A stretch of 26,691 nt of DNA from a virus (IMGVR_UViG_3300012953_000188:1-26691); one strand, 5' to 3'. Positions 17,940-26,205 are shown, numbered from the stretch's first letter. Translations and numbers: made by a program. The notes: generated from the letters alone by a model not told the origin.

Positions 17940-18342
17940 AAAAACTCAGGACAGGAAGAGTTCACTCAAGACCGTTACTAAGAAAGGTGTAACCGTAAAT
18001 CCAAAAAAGGAAGACCTCATGAAAGAAACCATGAAAGCAAAACTTGGTGCATCTATGGACGCACTGAAAGAAGCTGCAAAGAAATCTGCCAAGAAAGATC
18101 CGAAAGGAAAAGTCAAGCGTTGGTGGGACGACGATGGCGATGGCATTGGTTATGAGAAGCATGAAGTAAAGAAAGAGCATCACGAAACAGATGCCGAAGG
18201 TAATGTAATTCCACATGATGAAGATGACAAAGCTGCTAAGGATGTCATCAAAGAGAGAATGAGAGAGAAGATGATCTCATTAACTCAAGAGCATGATGCT
18301 GAGGCTGCAGGTCTCAAACCAAGTGAGTATAAAAAGTTATAA
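17923..18342 (+). CDS. Hypothetical highly charged protein
   Basis: KRWWDDDGDGIGYE motif; Lys/Glu/Asp-rich. Confidence 0.7.
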   Translation: MKQPTEKTQDRKSSLKTVTKKGVTVNPKKEDLMKETMKAKLGASMDALKEAAKKSAKKDPKGKVKRWWDDDGDGIGYEKHEVKKEHHETDAEGNVIPHDEDDKAAKDVIKERMREKMISLTQEHDAEAAGLKPSEYKKL

Positions 18343-18345
18343 ATA
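18338..18345 (+). promoter_or_regulatory. T4 late promoter TATAAATA
   Basis: Exact T4 late consensus, 23 nt upstream of ATG 18369. Confidence 0.75.
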
Positions 18346-18368
18346 AGGTACCCTTTATTTAATTAATC

Positions 18369-18563
18369 ATGTTTAGCTTTTTAATGCCACTAGCATACAA
18401 GGTTATCGATTCTGCTGTTGCTAAAATTCCAGACGACGCAGAACTTGGAGAAAAACTAATCGATATCTGTCTACTTATCATCGGTAAGGCAGTAAAACTA
18501 ACTAAGACTACAGCAGACGACGCTCTCTTTGAGAAAGTTAAGGAAGCTCTAGAGTCAAAGTAG
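18369..18563 (+). CDS. Small hypothetical protein
   Basis: 64 aa ORF between two perfect late promoters; T.TT.DD motif. Confidence 0.72.
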   Translation: MFSFLMPLAYKVIDSAVAKIPDDAELGEKLIDICLLIIGKAVKLTKTTADDALFEKVKEALESK

Positions 18564-18571
18564 TATAAATA
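18564..18571 (+). promoter_or_regulatory. T4 late promoter TATAAATA
   Basis: Exact consensus immediately after the TAG stop, upstream of 18607. Confidence 0.75.
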
Positions 18572-18606
18572 ACATATAGATGAAACCACCCGTACTATAG
18601 AGAACA

Positions 18607-19452
18607 ATGGCTGTATTTGGACTAATCGATGCGAAAGCAATGGGCACTGCCGTAGGAGTAACCAATGGCGATGCAACCGTAACAACTTCTGGAGACTTCA
18701 CGTCTGCCTCTGACAACCTTGTCAAGGTAGGAGATGTGTTGGACTTGTCAGGTGTTTCTTACATCGTAAAACAGGTAACGTCAGCGACTGCTCTAGAGTT
18801 ACACAAGGTATACGCAGGATCAACTGCAACAATCGCAGCAGGATCAGCAATCAGGAGGACACCTCCCAAGGCAGTAGCAGAATATGTTATCAAGGGTGGA
18901 GATAGCATTTCTAACTACAGTCTTGTTTTTGTTGACGACACTGAGATGACTAAGGGCACTAATGAGTCCAGAGGAATTTCAGGACCAGGTTGGTGGTTGT
19001 ATCGCACATATCTTACACACAATGGTGACACACGTCACAAGGCAGAATGTCTAGCATTCACACATGCTACTGCAGCAGCAGCGGGCGACGCATCTGATGA
19101 CACAATCGCAGCAGATGTAGTTGAGGTAATCACAGTTGGCACACAACCTGCTAACTCTACATCCTCTAGTGGTGCAGGTACATTCGTTGCAGCAGCAACT
19201 GTAGACCAGTCAGGTACTATCTCTTACAAATGGCAGAGACAGACAGCAACTGCTACTACTCGTTGGGTAGATGTAAGTGCTTCACTTGACACAGGTATCA
19301 CATACGCTGACTTCACTACTGCAACTCTTGCATACAGTGGACTTGGAGGTACAACACTTAACGGTTACAAGTATAAGTGTATCATTACCACAAGTAAAGG
19401 TGCTGTCCAGAAAGAAACTGACGGTGCAGCAACTATCACATTCGGTAGTTAA
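18607..19452 (+). CDS. Putative virion structural protein with C-terminal Ig-like domain
   Basis: Thr/Ala/Gly-rich; PGWWLY.TY...G.TRHKAE.L; Ig-like ITVGTQP...SYKWQ...NGYKYKC; late promoter upstream. Confidence 0.75.
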   Translation: MAVFGLIDAKAMGTAVGVTNGDATVTTSGDFTSASDNLVKVGDVLDLSGVSYIVKQVTSATALELHKVYAGSTATIAAGSAIRRTPPKAVAEYVIKGGDSISNYSLVFVDDTEMTKGTNESRGISGPGWWLYRTYLTHNGDTRHKAECLAFTHATAAAAGDASDDTIAADVVEVITVGTQPANSTSSSGAGTFVAAATVDQSGTISYKWQRQTATATTRWVDVSASLDTGITYADFTTATLAYSGLGGTTLNGYKYKCIITTSKGAVQKETDGAATITFGS

Positions 19453-19458
19453 TAAATA
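19452..19458 (+). promoter_or_regulatory. T4-like late promoter ATAAATA
   Basis: Intergenic, upstream of ATG 19484. Confidence 0.55.
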
Positions 19459-19483
19459 ATCTCAGGTATTCCTGATCTTCGTA

Positions 19484-19858
19484 ATGCGTTTTGAAAGTCT
19501 AACAGATAAGAATCACTTACTGTTCGCCATCAAGCACTACAACAACCCACAATCGGTTACTGTAGATGACTTCATGGAGGACATGAAGAAATTCAAATAC
19601 CTTAAGCGTCTGCTTAAGAGATACTTGAAGACTGGGACGCTACGTACAAATTTGATCATTAACCATTTGATCATCTTATTCAATGTGTTTGATGAGGCAA
19701 CCATACCGTTGCTAATGTATAAACTCGAGCGAGAATACTGGTCTATACTGAAGACCTTTCTAATATTTTTAGATAGGTATCCAGAGATCAATCAGGGCTC
19801 ATTGAATGAAGTTGATTTAGATATGGATGTATACGATACGCTCACTGCAATAGAATGA
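19484..19858 (+). CDS. Conserved T4-like phage hypothetical protein
   Basis: FAIKHYNNPQ...DF.ED.K.FKYLKRL..RY...G.L...LIINH.I.L.NVF pattern. Confidence 0.8.
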   Translation: MRFESLTDKNHLLFAIKHYNNPQSVTVDDFMEDMKKFKYLKRLLKRYLKTGTLRTNLIINHLIILFNVFDEATIPLLMYKLEREYWSILKTFLIFLDRYPEINQGSLNEVDLDMDVYDTLTAIE

Positions 19859-20274
19859 TTAACGAAGATGCCCCAACAATGAGTGCAGGCACTGGTGGAT
19901 TCTCTGGATCTGCTAATGCAAGTGGTCCTGTGGCAGGTTTCGATCCCATGCTAGGGCAGAAGAAAGTAAAGAGACGTAAGTATAAACCCAAAGGTTATGT
20001 CTTACCAAACGTGGGGATAGGTCCTCGCACAGGTAATGCAGGTCTTGGAGAAGCAACACACTATCAGAAAGATAGTAGTGTCATTCCTTATCTAATACAT
20101 TTCGATGGTATTGACTCATATGTATTGTATGGTAAGTCTCCGTCCGAAATAAAAATTCAACTCAGAAAGATATATCGTCCTGAGGTGCACAAAAAGATTA
20201 AAGTAACTCGTTTATACCCTAATCAAGTAATAAAATTCTACTGGGACAAACGTCAAAAAGCACTCCATGTCTGA
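19855..20274 (+). CDS. Hypothetical protein
   Basis: ATGA overlap; EDAPTMSAGTGGFSGSA...GPVAGFDP N-terminal module. Confidence 0.7.
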   Translation: MINEDAPTMSAGTGGFSGSANASGPVAGFDPMLGQKKVKRRKYKPKGYVLPNVGIGPRTGNAGLGEATHYQKDSSVIPYLIHFDGIDSYVLYGKSPSEIKIQLRKIYRPEVHKKIKVTRLYPNQVIKFYWDKRQKALHV

Positions 20275-20668
20275 TATCAACTCAGCTATAATTGAAAGAC
20301 TAGAAAAAGTTGTTGACACTCTTCAAGAAAACTCTGTGAAGATGGGTCAACTTCTTGCTGTACACAATGAGAAACTTGACAAGCAAGATAAGATAGACGA
20401 AGTATTATTTGAGAAGATCGATAGACTGTCTGCAGATGTCAATCGAGAAACCAATGCAATAAAGAAAGGATGCGAGAGAGATATAAGGAAGGTGGATGAC
20501 CGCCTGAGGTTAATGGAGAAGAAGATGTGGAGTATATTTGGAGCACTGAGTATCATAAGTTTCCTAGTGAGTCCAGTAGGACAGAAGATTATTAAACCAG
20601 TGTTGACAGGATCCCCAAATAGTAGTATGCTAGTTGGAGAGATATCCGACCTTAATGAGTTACGTTGA
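20267..20668 (+). CDS. Hypothetical coiled-coil protein with C-terminal TM helix
   Basis: Heptad-rich region, LAVHNEKL, and RLRLMEKKMW followed by hydrophobic SIFGALSIISFLV. Confidence 0.75.
   Translation: MSDINSAIIERLEKVVDTLQENSVKMGQLLAVHNEKLDKQDKIDEVLFEKIDRLSADVNRETNAIKKGCERDIRKVDDRLRLMEKKMWSIFGALSIISFLVSPVGQKIIKPVLTGSPNSSMLVGEISDLNELR
20603..20631 (+). promoter_or_regulatory. Sigma70-like promoter for primase-nrdA-nrdB, inside the upstream CDS
   Basis: TTGACA (20603-20608), 17 nt spacer, TATGCT (20626-20631). Confidence 0.6.
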
Positions 20669-21632
20669 TACCCAATACATCGATCGTGTTGGGGTCAGAC
20701 TAGAAAAATTTAAACATCAAGGACGCACTTACAATTTTAGGTGCCCCTATTGTGGTGACTCCCAACGCTATAAGAGTAAAGCGAGGGGGTATTTTTTTAT
20801 GCGTAATAATGATTACGTTTATAAATGCCACAACTGTGGTATCTCTAAGTCTCTGTCTACCTTCTTGAAGGATCAAGCCTCAGATTTATACGCAGAATAT
20901 CTTCTCGAGAAATACAAAAAACCTAAGAAGAAAGAAGTCCTACCAGACTTGTCAGCAAAGCCATACTTTGCCACCAAGCCTACTGGACTGCAATCTATTG
21001 CTAGTCTAAATAATGAGCATCCCGCAAGAGAGTATCTAGAGAAAAGACACTTACCTTCGGACGCATTTTATACTCTGTATTATGTTGACAAGTTTAAGGC
21101 ATGGGTCAACACTCAGAGTCCAAACTATTTTGAGAGTCTAAAGAATGACCAACCTAGGATTATCATCCCTCTTATTGATAAGGATGGTAAATGGTTTGGA
21201 ATTCAAGGTAGATCACTAGCACCTAAAAGTGTGCTAAGATATATCACATGTATCTTTGATAAGAGTAAGACTAAACTCTTTGGATTGGATCGTGTTAACA
21301 CTGAAGAAGAAATTTATGTCACTGAAGGACCATTCGACAGTTATTTCTTACCCAATGCTATTGCTATGTGTGGTAGTGATGTTGACTTCAGCACTTTCAA
21401 TTATAAATTTACATTCGTCTATGACAACGAACCACGAAACAAGGAGATCGTTGCTAAGATAACTGATAGTATATCTCAGGGTCACTCCGTAGTGATATTC
21501 CCTAAGACTATTAAGCAGAAAGATCTCAATGACATGCACCTCGCAGGTCATGATGTGAAAAAGATCATAAAAGAAAACACCTTCATAGGTGCCGAGGCAA
21601 AAGTAAAACTTACATTCTGGAAAAAGGTATGA
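20655..21632 (+). CDS. gp61: DNA primase (T4 gp61-like)
   Basis: Zn finger CPYCGD...CHNC; TOPRIM motifs EGPFDS and YDNEPRN; KDLNDM. Start likely ATG 20655. Confidence 0.95.
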   Translation: MSYVDTQYIDRVGVRLEKFKHQGRTYNFRCPYCGDSQRYKSKARGYFFMRNNDYVYKCHNCGISKSLSTFLKDQASDLYAEYLLEKYKKPKKKEVLPDLSAKPYFATKPTGLQSIASLNNEHPAREYLEKRHLPSDAFYTLYYVDKFKAWVNTQSPNYFESLKNDQPRIIIPLIDKDGKWFGIQGRSLAPKSVLRYITCIFDKSKTKLFGLDRVNTEEEIYVTEGPFDSYFLPNAIAMCGSDVDFSTFNYKFTFVYDNEPRNKEIVAKITDSISQGHSVVIFPKTIKQKDLNDMHLAGHDVKKIIKENTFIGAEAKVKLTFWKKV

Positions 21633-23932
21633 GCACCAACGTCGTCAAGCGTAATGGCATTGTTGAGTCACTTAACTTAGAAAAAATTCATAAGATGGTC
21701 GAGATGGCATGCGATGGTGTCGCAGGTGTCTCCGAGTCTGCAATAGAAATGAATGCTAACTTGCAGATTTTTGATGGAATCAAGACCGATGACATTCAAG
21801 AGATCCTTATCAAGTCTGCGAATGATTTGATCTCTCTAGACACACCAAACTATCAGTTTGTTGCTGCTCGTTTGCTGCTGTTTTCTCTCCGAAAGGCAGT
21901 CTACCAAAGACATCCTGATGCACATCCACATATTCATTGGCATATCAAGGAGTGTATTGCTAAGGGACTCTATGACAAAACCCTTGTAGACTCGTACAGC
22001 GGTCTCGAGTGGGACGATATCAACTCTATGATTGACTATGATAGAGACTATATGTTTACATATGCAGGTCTTCGTCAAGTTGTAGATAAATATCTGGTAC
22101 AAGACAGGTCAACTGGTGAGGTGTATGAAACTCCACAGCAGATGTATGTCATGATCGCAGCAACATTGTTTCAACGCTATCCAGAGGAGAGCAGATTAAC
22201 CTATGTCAAAAAATACTACGACGCAATCTCAACGCACAAAATCAACATCCCGACTCCTATCATGGGAGGTGTGCGGACTCCCCTTAGGCAATTTGCTAGC
22301 TGTGTTCTTGTTGATATTGATGACACCCTCGATAGCATCTTTAGCAGTGACATGGCTATTGGTTACTACGTTGCTCAAAGGGCTGGAATCGGCATCAACG
22401 CAGGTAGAATCCGTGGGATCAACGCTAAAATCAGGGGCGGTGAAGTGCAGCACACAGGTGTTGTCCCTTTCCTCAAAAAGTTTGAGAGCACTGTCAGATG
22501 TTGCACTCAAAACGGCATCCGTGGTGGATCAGCGACTGTCCACTTCCCCATTTGGCACCAAGAAATAGAAGACATTCTTGTCCTTAAGAATAATAAAGGG
22601 ACAGAAGATAATAGAGTAAGGAAACTAGACTACAGTATTCAACTGAGCGAATTGTTTTATCAAAGGTTTATTAATAATGAAAGTATCACTCTCTTCTCTC
22701 CTCATGATGTGCCTGGTTTATATGATGCCTTTGGCACTCCTGACTTCAATAGTCTTTATACCAAATACGAATCAGACGAGACCATCCCTAAGAATGTTGT
22801 CCCCGCACAGGAATTAATCCTTGCTATGCTCAAGGAGAGAGCAGAGACAGGTCGTATCTATCTGATGAATATTGATCACGTTAATACTCACTCATCATTT
22901 AAAGATAAGGTGAGCATGAGTAACCTATGTCAAGAGATCACACTACCAACAGATCCTATCCAGTCCATCCAAGGACAGGGTGAGATTGCTTTGTGTATCC
23001 TATCTGCTATCAACGTAGGTAAGATCAGAAAGACTGATGAGTTGGAGAATCTATGTGATCTTGCAGTCCGTGGTCTTGAGGAGTTGATTGACTATCAAGA
23101 GTATCCTGTAAAGGCAGCAGAAGATTCTACTATCGCACGTCGATCACTTGGTATTGGTTACATCGGACTAGCACATTACCTTGCTAAGCAAGGTGTTAAG
23201 TATGATGATCAAGGTGCTTATGATCTTGTCCATGAGTTAACAGAGTCCTTCCAATACTATCTTTTGAAGGCATCAAACCAACTCTCAAAAGAGAGAGGAC
23301 CATGTGGTAATTTCGTTTGCACAAAGTATCATGATGGAATTCTTCCTATCGATACATATAAGAAGGAAGTCGATCAAATTGTAGCACCAGAGTATCAACA
23401 TGATTGGGATTCTCTTCGGGATGACATCAAGAAATTCGGACTCAGGCACAGCACTCTGTCCGCACAAATGCCTTCGGAGAGTAGCTCCGTTGTGTCAAAC
23501 GCAACCAATGGAATCGAGCCACCTAGAGACTACTTGTCCGTTAAGAAATCGAAGAAAGGACCTCTTAAGCAGATTGTTCCGCAATACAACACACTAAAGA
23601 ATAACTACACACTCTTGTGGGATATGAAATCCAATGAGGGTTACATCAAAGTTGTTGCGGTCATGCAAAAGTTTTTTGATCAAGCGATCAGTGGTAACTG
23701 GTCATACAATCCAGAGAATTATCCTAACAATGAGATACCTATGTCAGTATTCTCTATGGACTTGTTGAATACTTACAAATACGGTTGGAAGACCTCATAC
23801 TATCAGAATACTTACGACAATAAAAAAGATATCGAAGAACCTATTGCTGAGGTAGCACATACCGATCTCAATAGTTTAGTCGATGACATCCTGTCTGGAG
23901 ACGAGGCAGAATGTGAAGCTTGCAATGTATAA
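21629..23932 (+). CDS. nrdA: Ribonucleotide reductase class Ia alpha subunit
   Basis: ATP cone VVKRNG, PTPIM, QFASCVL, SNLCQEI, KTSYY and C-terminal CEAC. Confidence 0.98.
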   Translation: MSTNVVKRNGIVESLNLEKIHKMVEMACDGVAGVSESAIEMNANLQIFDGIKTDDIQEILIKSANDLISLDTPNYQFVAARLLLFSLRKAVYQRHPDAHPHIHWHIKECIAKGLYDKTLVDSYSGLEWDDINSMIDYDRDYMFTYAGLRQVVDKYLVQDRSTGEVYETPQQMYVMIAATLFQRYPEESRLTYVKKYYDAISTHKINIPTPIMGGVRTPLRQFASCVLVDIDDTLDSIFSSDMAIGYYVAQRAGIGINAGRIRGINAKIRGGEVQHTGVVPFLKKFESTVRCCTQNGIRGGSATVHFPIWHQEIEDILVLKNNKGTEDNRVRKLDYSIQLSELFYQRFINNESITLFSPHDVPGLYDAFGTPDFNSLYTKYESDETIPKNVVPAQELILAMLKERAETGRIYLMNIDHVNTHSSFKDKVSMSNLCQEITLPTDPIQSIQGQGEIALCILSAINVGKIRKTDELENLCDLAVRGLEELIDYQEYPVKAAEDSTIARRSLGIGYIGLAHYLAKQGVKYDDQGAYDLVHELTESFQYYLLKASNQLSKERGPCGNFVCTKYHDGILPIDTYKKEVDQIVAPEYQHDWDSLRDDIKKFGLRHSTLSAQMPSESSSVVSNATNGIEPPRDYLSVKKSKKGPLKQIVPQYNTLKNNYTLLWDMKSNEGYIKVVAVMQKFFDQAISGNWSYNPENYPNNEIPMSVFSMDLLNTYKYGWKTSYYQNTYDNKKDIEEPIAEVAHTDLNSLVDDILSGDEAECEACNV

Positions 23933-23952
23933 CACTCACCCTAAGGAATTAA

Positions 23953-25089
23953 ATGTCAATTACTGTTTTCAATAGTAACCAAGTGGATACTAAGAAACAA
24001 CCAATGTTTTTCGGAGCACCCTTAGGGATGCAGAGATATGATGAATACAAATACCCAGACTTTGAGAGACTTACACAGTCTCAACTAGGATTCTTCTGGA
24101 GACCCGAAGAGGTTTCACTACAGAAGGATAGGTCTGACTATAAGACACTAAACGATCAACAGAAGCACATTTATACTTCTAACCTTAAATATCAGATCCT
24201 CCTTGACAGCGTGCAAGGTAGAGGACCTGGCATGGCATTCGCTCCTTACTGCTCACTACCAGAGTTAGAAGGATGCATCGGTGTATGGAATTTCATGGAG
24301 CAAATCCATAGTAGATCTTATACACACATCATTAAGAATGTATATGCAGATCCTTCAGAAGTATTTGACACTGTATTAGATGACGAGAAGATTTTAGCTA
24401 GAGCGAAGTCAGTAACGAAAGCATATGATGACTTCCTCGAAGCAGTAGGAGAATATGCAGATGGTAATATGTGGAAGCCAGGTTGGAAAGAATCACCTAC
24501 TTCACAATGGACACTGCATGACCTAAAGAGAAAACTTTACAGGGCTGTTGCTAACGTAAACATCCTTGAAGGCATACGTTTCTACGTTTCATTCGCATGC
24601 TCTTTCGCCTTTGGTGAGTTGAAACTCATGGAAGGATCAGCAAAGATCATTGCATTGATTGCTAGAGATGAATCACAACATCTAAACATCACTCAAAAGA
24701 TACTAAAGAGATGGGATCAAGGTGACGATCCAGAAATGCAAGAGATTGCAAGAGAAGAAAGAGAAAACATCACACAAATGTTTATCGATGCTGTAGAAGA
24801 AGAGAAAGACTGGGCGACCTATCTATTCTCACACGGAAGCATCATCGGTTTAAACGAGAGACTACTCAGTCAGTATGTTGAATGGACTGCCAACCGTCGT
24901 ATGAAAGCGATTGGATTGACACCTGTATTTGACGTGCCACTTAGCACTAACCCACTACCATGGACAAACCATTGGTTGAATAGTAAGGGTCAACAGAATG
25001 CACCACAAGAGACTGAGATCGAGTCCTACATAGTAGGCGGTATCAAACAAGATGTTGGACAAGAAACCTTCGCAGGATTTTCACTTTAA
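23953..25089 (+). CDS. nrdB: Ribonucleotide reductase class Ia beta subunit
   Basis: FFWRPEE, LDSVQGR, EQIHSRSY, EGIRFYVSF, RDESQH and APQETEIESY. Confidence 0.98.
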   Translation: MSITVFNSNQVDTKKQPMFFGAPLGMQRYDEYKYPDFERLTQSQLGFFWRPEEVSLQKDRSDYKTLNDQQKHIYTSNLKYQILLDSVQGRGPGMAFAPYCSLPELEGCIGVWNFMEQIHSRSYTHIIKNVYADPSEVFDTVLDDEKILARAKSVTKAYDDFLEAVGEYADGNMWKPGWKESPTSQWTLHDLKRKLYRAVANVNILEGIRFYVSFACSFAFGELKLMEGSAKIIALIARDESQHLNITQKILKRWDQGDDPEMQEIAREERENITQMFIDAVEEEKDWATYLFSHGSIIGLNERLLSQYVEWTANRRMKAIGLTPVFDVPLSTNPLPWTNHWLNSKGQQNAPQETEIESYIVGGIKQDVGQETFAGFSL

Positions 25090-25486
25090 ATTTGAGCACC
25101 ACTGGGGTGGAGTACCCACCGAAGTGCAGCAGTTTGAAGCATGGAGTAAAAAACAAAAGGGTATCTTAAGATGGATCCTTTTGAATTTTGCACTACCATG
25201 GTATGCAAAGTGGTGGTTAGAATGGAAAGTCGATAAGACAATGTATGATGTTGATCAACAAATCGAAAACCTTGTTGATCAATTTGATGAAGAAGAAAAA
25301 CCCAAAACAATCGTGGAAAGAAAACCAAGCGAAGTCAGAGGACTGGACGATATCTCCATTAGATCCTCTTGGCCACCACCAGAGCAGTGGTATACAGGAC
25401 CACTTGAAGTTTTTACGTCAAGTGAAAGCACACCTCAAGAGACACAAGAAACTACCAAACCAACCCTACCAGACGAAGAAACGTAA
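25052..25486 (+). CDS. Hypothetical protein
   Basis: 144 aa ORF overlapping the nrdB end; Trp-rich amphipathic segment and acidic tail. Confidence 0.55.
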   Translation: MLDKKPSQDFHFKFEHHWGGVPTEVQQFEAWSKKQKGILRWILLNFALPWYAKWWLEWKVDKTMYDVDQQIENLVDQFDEEEKPKTIVERKPSEVRGLDDISIRSSWPPPEQWYTGPLEVFTSSESTPQETQETTKPTLPDEET

Positions 25487-25526
25487 TAACCGTAAACAGA
25501 AAAGCTAAGTTAAACAACAAAGTTTG

Positions 25527-25555
25527 CTAAATAATTGAGGATATGATAACATATC
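25527..25555 (+). promoter_or_regulatory. Late promoter CTAAATA followed by 5' hairpin GATATG-ATAA-CATATC
   Basis: CTAAATA at 25527-25533; perfect 6-bp stem at 25540-25555 just before the first aptamer. Confidence 0.6.
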
Positions 25556-25558
25556 TGT

Positions 25559-25790
25559 ATCGTTCATCCTCATGATTGAAGTTGTACTACTTACTTCTTT
25601 ACTCACACAGCATCATCCGTCCCATTGGACAATGACCTGTCAAGAGTGGAATAACAACAGGGCAGAGATTCTCAGCGATGATAATCACATCCCTGACGCT
25701 AAGGAATATCTTATAGATTATTTCTACAGCAAGGTGGAAGAAGAAGGTTGCAAACCATACATGTTAGGACGCAAGTAAGTCGCGGAACGG
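25559..25790 (+). ncRNA. Glutamine riboswitch-like aptamer 1 (glnA/Downstream-peptide type) with ORF-containing P2 loop
   Basis: ATCGTTCA-TCCT...AGGA-CGCA-AGTAAGTCGC-GGAACGG; P1 is CGTTC/GAACG and P2 is TCCTCATG/CATG(TT)AGGA. Confidence 0.7.
25572..25778 (+). CDS. Small 2-Cys hypothetical protein nested in aptamer 1
   Basis: 68 aa; hydrophobic N-terminus; C23 and C60; aligns without gaps to 25803-25994. Confidence 0.65.
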   Translation: MIEVVLLTSLLTQHHPSHWTMTCQEWNNNRAEILSDDNHIPDAKEYLIDYFYSKVEEEGCKPYMLGRK

Positions 25791-26002
25791 ATCGTTCATC
25801 CTATGCTACATATGCTCGCTTTATTATTGGCAACTACTACAGTTGTAACTGTCTCCTGTGAAGACATCAACGCTCTTGTAGGTCGTGCTAAGTCATACCC
25901 TGACTTAACCACTGAAGAGAGGACAGAGATCATTGATCTCTACTATGAATTCGCAGAGAAACAAGGGCTATATTGTCAGGACGCAAACGACTAAAGGAAC
26001 GG
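25791..26002 (+). ncRNA. Glutamine riboswitch-like aptamer 2 with ORF-containing P2 loop
   Basis: ATCGTTCA-TCCT...AGGA-CGCA-AACGACTAAA-GGAACGG. Confidence 0.7.
25803..25994 (+). CDS. Small 2-Cys hypothetical protein nested in aptamer 2
   Basis: 63 aa; hydrophobic N-terminus MLHMLALLLA; C19 and C58. Confidence 0.65.
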   Translation: MLHMLALLLATTTVVTVSCEDINALVGRAKSYPDLTTEERTEIIDLYYEFAEKQGLYCQDAND

Positions 26003-26060
26003 AGACTCGGATCACTCGCAAGAGTTAAAGGAGAAATTCAACCAACTTTAGGAGAAACAC

Positions 26061-26201
26061 ATGACTACTATCACATATCGTGGCGTCAAGTATGACGCTG
26101 AGCAGTACAAAGCAAAGGTACTAGCAGAAGCCGCACAGGCAAGAAACCATGAACTAATGTATCGTGGTGTCAAAGTCGAAAAAAAACTAACAGCGGTGTA
26201 G
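26061..26201 (+). CDS. DUF4278-like small protein (46 aa, two YRGVK motifs); absent from the ORF track
   Basis: MTTITYRGVKYDAEQYKAKVLAEAAQARNHELMYRGVKVEKKLTAV*; AGGAG SD at 26050-26054. Confidence 0.85.
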   Translation: MTTITYRGVKYDAEQYKAKVLAEAAQARNHELMYRGVKVEKKLTAV

Positions 26202-26205
26202 GAAG

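Noticed and set aside
1047-23597. Many short antisense or out-of-frame ORFs (e.g. 1047-1244, 8230-8574, 11690-12142, 12720-13154, 13904-14257, 18359-18685, 22203-22568)
   Set aside because: They are shadows of well-supported genes, with no RBS, promoter or recognisable motifs.
7304-25089. Introns or inteins in gp43, gp41, nrdA or nrdB
   Set aside because: All four are uninterrupted, of ordinary length, and show no splice motifs or embedded endonuclease.
25925-25941. Hairpin AGAGATC-ATT-GATCTCT within nested ORF2 as a terminator
   Set aside because: It has no U-tract and only a 3-nt loop; at most it helps compact the large P2 loop.
25976-25995. c-di-GMP-I riboswitch suggested by GGACGCAAA
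   Set aside because: The upstream GGCAAACC/GAAA stem and the downstream tetraloop-receptor stem are absent. The CGTTCA/GGAACG context and DUF4278-like neighbour indicate the glutamine class.
25559-26002. CRISPR array or simple tandem repeat interpretation of the repeated ATCGTTCATCCT/GGAACGG
   Set aside because: There are only two units, the interiors are ~200 nt and coding, and there are no cas genes. The split, base-pairing motif fits an RNA aptamer better.
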